Shown here: positions 57,558 through 64,000 of the stretch, piece by piece
Position numbering within the stretch: the stretch's first letter is position 1
How the letters are laid out: the number at the start of each line of letters is the position of its first letter
Assembly: GCA_049296025.1 (NCBI GenBank)
Contig: JBAQRU010000053.1
Span: forward strand, 2,088-66,087
Direction: 5' to 3'
Origin: Lysobacteraceae bacterium
GTDB taxonomy: Bacteria; Pseudomonadota; Gammaproteobacteria; Xanthomonadales; Xanthomonadaceae
Length of the DNA stretch: 64,000 nucleotides
Notes under the pieces: generated by a model
Told to the model about the DNA's origin: nothing
Databases searched by the model: none
The model's input: the letters and a program-made list of their open reading frames with translations, nothing else
Position numbers and translations under genes: made by a program

Positions 57558-57650
57558 GGAAGCGATGCCGTCATGCCGACACCCACGATGTCCCCGCACG
57601 CCCCCTGACTTCGCAGAACGCACGTACGGGCAATCACCGGGAGCTGCCCC

Positions 57651-58103
57651 TTATGGCGTAGCGGTCTCTTCTGGATTCGGCAGCGGCCGCGGGTCTTCGG
57701 GAATCGAGCTGAACTCCTCTGGAGTGATGTAGATCACCTTGTGCGGGTCATAGCCATTGGCGGCGGGCCATTGGTCATCGGTGATCCAGCGGCGCATGCC
57801 GTCCTTCACGAGGAACCAGCCATCATCTTTGCCACGGCCGGCCTCCGGCTGATGGACGATCTGGTTGTCGTATTTGAGTGCCGCCGCGCTGGCAGGTTCC
57901 GTCACTGCACCTGCGGTATCGGCGGGCGCCCCATCCACAGCCGCAGGCGCCGGTGTCGCCGCGACAGGCGGCGGAACATCCTGTTGGACAGTCTCCGGCG
58001 CGGCCGCGGTATCGGTTGGCGCTGGCGCTTCGCCGCAGCCTGAGATGAGCAAGCCGGTCATAACGACGAGGACCGCCGTCAGGCGATTCGATTGCACAGT
58101 CAT
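57651..58103 (-). CDS. Lipoprotein with a Pro/Ala-rich linker, unknown function
   Basis: Lipobox LISGC, then a low-complexity PA-rich stretch and a 70-aa C-terminal globular part. Confidence 0.6.
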   Translation of the reverse strand: MTVQSNRLTAVLVVMTGLLISGCGEAPAPTDTAAAPETVQQDVPPPVAATPAPAAVDGAPADTAGAVTEPASAAALKYDNQIVHQPEAGRGKDDGWFLVKDGMRRWITDDQWPAANGYDPHKVIYITPEEFSSIPEDPRPLPNPEETATP

Positions 58104-58107
58104 GTTG

Positions 58108-59811
58108 TCACTCCTGTTTCGGTTGAGATGTCTGATGTTCGTTTATGTGCTTCGGATCGGTATCGCTGAATTCGATTTCGACAATGAATTCGTTGGTACC
58201 TGGTTGCGTCTCGGTAACGCGGAGAACCCGCATCACCGGTACATGGAATTCCGCGACATACGCAAGCAGGCTGCGCATGTTCCCAGGCGTGAAAGTGAAG
58301 CAGTGGACGTCCACTGTCGACAGGTCAACCGCGAGCGCCATCCTGGCCGCTTCAACCGGGTCATGCGTCGGCTTGGGAACATGATCGCCACGCCACGCCG
58401 CATCAGTCGAGATCGAGAAATCCGCATGCGAGTAGTAGTCGTGAACCATCGCACGCGATGGATTCCTGAGCTTCATTTCGTGGGCGGAAATGATATCCCG
58501 AATATCGGTTTCGGTTCTGAGCAGGTCGAAAGTGTAGCGCTTGTCGGGTACCCACATGAGCAGCTTGCCGCCGTCCACGAGAATCCTGGCGGCCGACTTG
58601 AAGAACTGGATGAAGTCGGGAACATGTTCGATGACGTGACTCGACACCAGATAGTAATAACGGCCATGCTCCAGTACTTCGTCGATCAATCGATCGCCAA
58701 GCACGATATCCACCTGCACCGGGGCGCCGTCGAGATAGGTGCCCGCAGGCCCCAAGTGATCGACCTTGTCGAGATATTCGACCTCGAACTGCCCCTTGTC
58801 GAGCATCGGCGCAGCCCCCGGCGACATTTCCACGCCCGGTTTTTTCTCCAGACCGCGCAGACGCGACACCAGCGGAAACGATCGCGAGTAATGCAGATCC
58901 TCGCCGAAAGCCGTGGCGAGCCCCTCTTCCGGCTCGAGCAGCACAGGGTCGCGCTGCGCCAGCCCCAGATACTCGAGCATGAGCGGCGAGCGGATCCAGC
59001 GTAGGCTCCGGTTCTCAACCAACATCAGCTTGTCTCTGTGCGGCGCGGAAACCGCGTTGACGAGGCAGCCCTCCAGTCCTTCGAGCGCGACCGTATCGAT
59101 CGATCGACGCAATTCCGTACGCAGTTCCACGAGCCGCCGAAGCGCCACGGAGTCGATATCGCGCTCGCCGGACACGCGGAAAACCAGTAGATGGTCGCCG
59201 CTGCGGTCATCCCGCGCCAGCAACACCTCGCCGCCGCGCCCGGCGATACTTGCGGCGGTTTCGACAACGAAACGCAGGGTGTCACTGTTGAATACATGCC
59301 TGTTGGCCGCGCTGTGTTCACCAAGCACCGCCACATAGGCCAGACCTGCCGCTTCTTCCTTGGTCTTTCCCTCCAGCTCGCCCGCGTCCGACCAGCTCCA
59401 CAGATGCGCGGCAATATGCTCGCGATTCTCGTAATCCCCATCGCGCGTGCGGAACGCATAGTCCAGCAGGAAATGCGATGGCGGCGTGGGCAGACGCAGA
59501 TTGTCGCGAGTGGTTTTCCGGTTCGGCGCACTCAGATAGAGAATGCCATCGTCCCTCAACAGCGAAATCCAGCCGATCAGGGTCTGGATGGCGTCAGCCG
59601 ACCGCTGCAATCCCCGGTGCGCGACCACGAAGTCCAACGAGCCTGCAGCGATATCATCATCCGCTGCGCAGAAACGCGCATCCGGATGTACGCACACCTG
59701 TACCTCACCCGCATCGAGTCCGAGGCCCCGGCAATACAATATCCCGAGCCGGTCCCTGCCTTCATCGGCAGGCAAGCGCGAGATGGGTGTCGCCACGCTA
59801 TCGCCCATCAT
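58108..59811 (-). CDS. Class I SAM-dependent methyltransferase-like protein with two MTase-like modules
   Basis: C-terminal module YYYLVSSHVIEHVPDFIQFFKSAARILVDGGKLLMWVPD. N-terminal module LDFVVAHRGLQRSADAIQTLIGWISLLRDDGILYLSAPN. Confidence 0.7.
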   Translation of the reverse strand: MMGDSVATPISRLPADEGRDRLGILYCRGLGLDAGEVQVCVHPDARFCAADDDIAAGSLDFVVAHRGLQRSADAIQTLIGWISLLRDDGILYLSAPNRKTTRDNLRLPTPPSHFLLDYAFRTRDGDYENREHIAAHLWSWSDAGELEGKTKEEAAGLAYVAVLGEHSAANRHVFNSDTLRFVVETAASIAGRGGEVLLARDDRSGDHLLVFRVSGERDIDSVALRRLVELRTELRRSIDTVALEGLEGCLVNAVSAPHRDKLMLVENRSLRWIRSPLMLEYLGLAQRDPVLLEPEEGLATAFGEDLHYSRSFPLVSRLRGLEKKPGVEMSPGAAPMLDKGQFEVEYLDKVDHLGPAGTYLDGAPVQVDIVLGDRLIDEVLEHGRYYYLVSSHVIEHVPDFIQFFKSAARILVDGGKLLMWVPDKRYTFDLLRTETDIRDIISAHEMKLRNPSRAMVHDYYSHADFSISTDAAWRGDHVPKPTHDPVEAARMALAVDLSTVDVHCFTFTPGNMRSLLAYVAEFHVPVMRVLRVTETQPGTNEFIVEIEFSDTDPKHINEHQTSQPKQE

Positions 59812-59859
59812 TGGTTATGCCCTCTTTTCATCGTTCGACCGATACGCATGCACCGACGG

Positions 59860-61614
59860 TCACGGCGCCCCGCGCAGGACCCGTGCCTGCCATTGCAACA
59901 TCACGACCACCGTCCACAACCACAGCGAGTGCTCCTTGCGGCCTGCGTAATGATCGTCCGCATCCCGACGCAATGCGGCGAAATCGATGTACTCAGCAAA
60001 CGGCCCCGCAGACTGCGCGGCGATCATCTCATACACCCTCGGCTTCATCGTTTTCAGCAGATCCGCGACCGGCACCGAGAACCCCATCTTCTTGCGCTCG
60101 ATCACCGAAGCCGGCAGCTTCGTCGCGAATGCGCGCCTGAGCAGCGACTTTCCGCCTTGCCCGCCGAGTTTGCAGGACTCGGGAAGCGCCGATGAGAATT
60201 CCAGGAGTGCCGGGGAGAGGAACGGGAAGCGGCCTTCCAGCGAATGCGACATCAGTATCTTGTCAGCCTTCGCCATCAGGTTCTCGGGCAACCAGGTCTT
60301 CTGGTCGAACGCCAGCATCCCATTGAGCGGCGAACGCTCGTCGAAGTAAATCTTCTGACGCATGTGGCGTGTCGGGTCGACATCTGTCCTGAGCGGCTTT
60401 CCGCCCGTGAAGTACCAACTCAGCTCCATGAACCGTCGAAACAGTTCCTCCACATTGGCCACATGCGCTCGCGCCCCGTGCGCGTGCTGCGGATAGCCCG
60501 CGAACATCTCGTCGCTGCCCTCTCCGGACAACACCACGGTGACTTTGCGCTTGATCGATTCGCAGAGGATATGCAGTGGGAAACAGGCCGGGTCGGCGAT
60601 CGGCTCATCCATCGCCGCGACGACGCGCTCGAAGCGCTCGGCGATGTCGGCAGGCGTGGTCTCCACCGCGACATGCGGCATCCCGAAACGGGTCGCGACC
60701 TCTTCCGCATAGGCGAATTCGTTGAGATCCGGGAAACCGATGCTGAAGGACGTCATCGACACGCCGATATCCGCGCACAGCGATGCGATCACGCTGGAAT
60801 CCAGGCCGCCACTGAGCAACAGACCGATCGGTACATCAGACATCTGCTGCTGCGCGACCGAGGCGCGCAACAGCGCGACCAGACGTTCCGCGGCTTCGTC
60901 CTCCGGCATATCGATCGCGTTCTCGTTCAGCGGCAGGTCCCAATAGCGCCAGGTCGTCGCCAAACCGCGGCTGATCTTCACGTAGGTGCCCGCCTCGACC
61001 CGGCGGATATTGCGGAAGAACGTCCCCGGAGCGACGACGTAGCGATAGGTGAGATATGCCGATAGACCAACCGGGTCCACTGCGAGGTCGGCGCCTGGAA
61101 TGCGCAACAACGGCGTCAGTTCGCTGCTGAACGCGAAGCGATAGGCATCCTCGTAGAGATACAGCGGCTTGATGCCGAGATGATCGCGGACCAGATAGAA
61201 CTCGCCCTCTTCGCTTCGGCGGAAGTCCCAGATGAATGCGGTGAACATGCCGTCGAAACGTGCGAAACAATCCGTCCCCTCTTCTTCGTACAGGGCCAGG
61301 AACAGTTCGGTGTCGCAATCGGTCTCGAACACTCTGCCGCGCGCTTCAAGATCGGCGCGCAGTTGCCTGAAATTGTAGATCTCGCCGTTATAGGCGATGC
61401 CCACCAGGCCATCGGCCGAACGCATCGGCTGCTGGCCATGGGTGACGTCGATGATCGACAGCCGCCGATGCACCACCGCATAGCCAGGACCGCAATGCAC
61501 ACCGCCCTCGTCGGGGCCGCGATGGAACAGCATGCGATCGAGTTCGCCCAGGAAACCGAGCTCGCGCTCGCCCAAGGCACCTTGTTTGGAGACGAATCCA
61601 GCGTATCCGCACAT
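59860..61614 (-). CDS. asnB: Asparagine synthase (glutamine-hydrolysing) family amidotransferase
   Basis: N-terminal MCGYAGF (Ntn Cys2) and the PP-loop LLSGGLDSS. Confidence 0.9.
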   Translation of the reverse strand: MCGYAGFVSKQGALGERELGFLGELDRMLFHRGPDEGGVHCGPGYAVVHRRLSIIDVTHGQQPMRSADGLVGIAYNGEIYNFRQLRADLEARGRVFETDCDTELFLALYEEEGTDCFARFDGMFTAFIWDFRRSEEGEFYLVRDHLGIKPLYLYEDAYRFAFSSELTPLLRIPGADLAVDPVGLSAYLTYRYVVAPGTFFRNIRRVEAGTYVKISRGLATTWRYWDLPLNENAIDMPEDEAAERLVALLRASVAQQQMSDVPIGLLLSGGLDSSVIASLCADIGVSMTSFSIGFPDLNEFAYAEEVATRFGMPHVAVETTPADIAERFERVVAAMDEPIADPACFPLHILCESIKRKVTVVLSGEGSDEMFAGYPQHAHGARAHVANVEELFRRFMELSWYFTGGKPLRTDVDPTRHMRQKIYFDERSPLNGMLAFDQKTWLPENLMAKADKILMSHSLEGRFPFLSPALLEFSSALPESCKLGGQGGKSLLRRAFATKLPASVIERKKMGFSVPVADLLKTMKPRVYEMIAAQSAGPFAEYIDFAALRRDADDHYAGRKEHSLWLWTVVVMLQWQARVLRGAP

Positions 61615-61620
61615 ATGTCG

Positions 61621-64000
61621 TTATCCCACGATGCGCTTGAGCAGCGCGGACCATTCCGCGAGGTAGCGGTCCTGGTTGAAAAGTTGCATCGCGGTGCGCC
61701 GCGAAGCCTGGCGCATCGCATCCGCCCGCTGTGGATTCGCTGCGAGCCACGCGAGTTGTTCCGCCAACTCGGCGGCGCTGTCGCCGAAGAATCCGTTGAC
61801 ACCGTTCTTGATGAACAGGTCCGCATCGTGATTGCGCATCGATACGGACACCAGCCCGGCCATCATCGCCTCACCGCGTGAACGCGGCATCGGCGAGCGC
61901 AGCGTGGTGTTGAGGTAGGTCTTGTAGCGCCCGATCTCGCGGACATAGTTCTGGTACTTCGCGGTCGCCCACGCGGCGGTGCCGGCCTCATACCCATCCG
62001 GGTCCGGTGTGCGCAGACAGTCGATCGTCGCGATATCGCCGGTGCGCGCACCCACCTCGTCATAGACGAACAGACCGTTGTAGTGCGGACGATTCCGCAG
62101 CGCATTGATGTTCATCGCCAGCACGTCGCGGTCATGCGCACCGGGCGGGAAATCGCACGGTGCGAAGCCATGCCAAATCGTCGTGGCATTCGCGAAACCC
62201 CATTCGGCGCGCGCCTGGTGACTGTTGCACACAACGGCGACATCAGCGAAGAGCTCGACGATCTCGCGTCGACTGGACTCGATCACAGCACCGAGATCGG
62301 AGCCTGCGTAGCCGCCATCGTATTGTCCGGCGAATTGCGGGGTGCCATGACAGATCGCCACGCCCGGCAGGTGGGCATTGCGCAACAGCCAGAGCATGGT
62401 CGCGCCCCAATCGGCCGGCACCATGCCTTGACAGCGTTCCGGATGAAGCAGGTTTTCGTCGAAGTGCAGGATCTTCGCGTCGTATTCCCGCGGATCGATC
62501 TCGTCGTAACGGACCATCCGGCAATTTTTCGGCATCGGCCGCTTATCCCACTCCCATTGCTCGCACAGGCCGGTTCCGGCGCCGGTGATCAGATCGAACT
62601 GGTGCCCGGTCTTGTAGAGCTCGTACTGGTGAGGCACGTGCCAGCGATGGGTGAGGATGCGCAATCGGCGACTGCGATCGATCACGATGGGTACGGCGCG
62701 ATAGCGCTGGAAACGTTTCTCCAGCCAGCGGAAATCGTCGTTGGCGTCGAGATCCGCGCCGACATGGCGTGCCCAGCCAACGATCGCCTCATAAGTCTGA
62801 GTCGCCCAGCGTCGCGAAGCCAGCAACAGGTCCGGGTGTTTCTCGAACAGCCGGCGATAGTTCCGCAACGAGCGCAATGGCTTCTCCGCCTCGTTCGCCG
62901 AGGACGGATGGCTGACGTGAATCGAAACCGTATCTTCGAGATACTTGATGCGCGCACCGGCTTGATACAGGCGCACACCCATTTCCACGTCTTCCCAGCC
63001 GAAGCCGGATGCGGGATCGGCCGAATAGCTGAACGCCTCATCGAACAGCGGGCCATCGACCCTGTTCGCGGCGAACTCGCGCGATACCGAGAAATTGCGG
63101 GTGATGCAATTGACGAACGACGCCTGATTGAGATCGTCCTGGGGCAGATTCTCGTATGCGGCAAGGCGCGGATCGGCCTCGTGGCGGCCAAGCACGGACA
63201 GCGCAGGAGCGTCGTTGGTCTCGATATTGATCGGACCGATCGCGACGTCGCAGTCGCCCATGGCATGGGCTGCGTAATGCGCGGCGAGAAAATCGCAGTT
63301 GAACATGCAGTCGGCGTCGACCACGATGACGATATCGCCACGGGCCTCGGCGATGCCGCGATTCCGGCTGCCGCAGTTGCCGAGATTGCGCTCGTTGCGC
63401 ACGATCCGCAGATCGACCTGACGCCGACGCGCTTCGGGCACCCAGCGTTCGAACTCGCGCACGACCTCGACCGAATCGTCCGGGGTCGCGTCGTCCATCA
63501 GGACGATCTCGTAGCGTCCGGCAAAGTCCTGGCGATACAAACCCTCCAGGAAGTAGCGCACTTCCCTGGCCTTGCGATACAGCACCGAAACCACGGTGAC
63601 GTACGGCGTTTCGCGCGCCGGGTCGGGCTTGGCGCTCACCCGCTGGCGCGTCGCGCCCTTCAACAACGCGCCATAGATGGCAACAGCCTCGTGTACGGCG
63701 TTGCCGATGTCGAAACGCGGTGCGATCTCCCGCTGTGCCGCGGCGCCCAACGCTGCACGTAGCGACGCATCGCCGACCAGCGCGGACAGCGCCACATGCC
63801 ATTCCTCCTCGCTGGCCGCCAGGAACCCGTTCTTGCCGCTGGCGATGACCGCCCTGAACGGCGCGGTGGGAGAAGCGATGGTGGGCACGCCCAACAGCGC
63901 CGCTTCGAATAATTTCAATTCACTCTTGCAGTCGGTGAAATCGTTACCCGATTCCAGCGGCGCGAGATTGACATCGATCTTCGCCAACTCCGCGAGCATA
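61621..64000 (-). CDS. Multi-domain glycosyltransferase (GT1/GT4-like, GT2, GT1-like); 5' end off the window
   Basis: The frame is open to the window edge. GT2 core VTVVSVLYRKAREVRYFLEGLYRQ..LMDDATPDDS..VDADC, flanked by GT1-type E..K.FEA...G.P..AS and SRGEAMMAGLV segments. Confidence 0.8.
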   Translation of the reverse strand, partial: MLAELAKIDVNLAPLESGNDFTDCKSELKLFEAALLGVPTIASPTAPFRAVIASGKNGFLAASEEEWHVALSALVGDASLRAALGAAAQREIAPRFDIGNAVHEAVAIYGALLKGATRQRVSAKPDPARETPYVTVVSVLYRKAREVRYFLEGLYRQDFAGRYEIVLMDDATPDDSVEVVREFERWVPEARRRQVDLRIVRNERNLGNCGSRNRGIAEARGDIVIVVDADCMFNCDFLAAHYAAHAMGDCDVAIGPINIETNDAPALSVLGRHEADPRLAAYENLPQDDLNQASFVNCITRNFSVSREFAANRVDGPLFDEAFSYSADPASGFGWEDVEMGVRLYQAGARIKYLEDTVSIHVSHPSSANEAEKPLRSLRNYRRLFEKHPDLLLASRRWATQTYEAIVGWARHVGADLDANDDFRWLEKRFQRYRAVPIVIDRSRRLRILTHRWHVPHQYELYKTGHQFDLITGAGTGLCEQWEWDKRPMPKNCRMVRYDEIDPREYDAKILHFDENLLHPERCQGMVPADWGATMLWLLRNAHLPGVAICHGTPQFAGQYDGGYAGSDLGAVIESSRREIVELFADVAVVCNSHQARAEWGFANATTIWHGFAPCDFPPGAHDRDVLAMNINALRNRPHYNGLFVYDEVGARTGDIATIDCLRTPDPDGYEAGTAAWATAKYQNYVREIGRYKTYLNTTLRSPMPRSRGEAMMAGLVSVSMRNHDADLFIKNGVNGFFGDSAAELAEQLAWLAANPQRADAMRQASRRTAMQLFNQDRYLAEWSALLKRIVG

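Overview
High-GC chromosomal segment. Hand counts of single 60-nt lines give about 62-67% G+C. Gene content and order look like a Xanthomonadales/Lysobacterales-type gammaproteobacterium, but that taxon call is inference. I can support about 60 protein genes, and most are housekeeping: pdxH, aroK-aroB, hemE, sdaA, a metX-metB-hom operon behind a SAM-I riboswitch, tag, prfC, mtgA, hslO, GTP-dependent pckG, fadE, etfBA, a GMC oxidoreductase, YceI/cytochrome b561, and a TonB-dependent receptor with an oxygenase/sulfotransferase pair. By eye I saw no rRNA, tRNA, CRISPR array, integrase or transposase. Four parts look accessory. (1) A single AT-rich orphan gene (26178-27338) has a DUF4062-like, TIR/Rossmann-like N-terminal module fused to an unassignable helical C-terminal region. 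It sits where a phosphoesterase gene has been truncated and is spliced onto the end of a host operon. This is my best candidate for an undescribed single-gene conflict/defence protein. (2) An in-frame AT-rich patch of about 1 kb lies inside the periplasmic propeller of a hybrid sensor kinase. (3) Three tandem paralogous secreted proteins (48888-52524) have a near-identical core, a divergent Cys-framed C-terminal cassette and an invariant CCRVPGR terminus. They share an upstream motif and lie divergent from a lipoprotein zinc metalloprotease carrying five FG-GAP-like repeats. (4) The start of a polysaccharide (O-antigen/EPS-type) operon holds multi-domain glycosyltransferases, a double methyltransferase and an AsnB-type amidotransferase. 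All functional calls come from reading the translations and from memory of family signatures. No searches were run.
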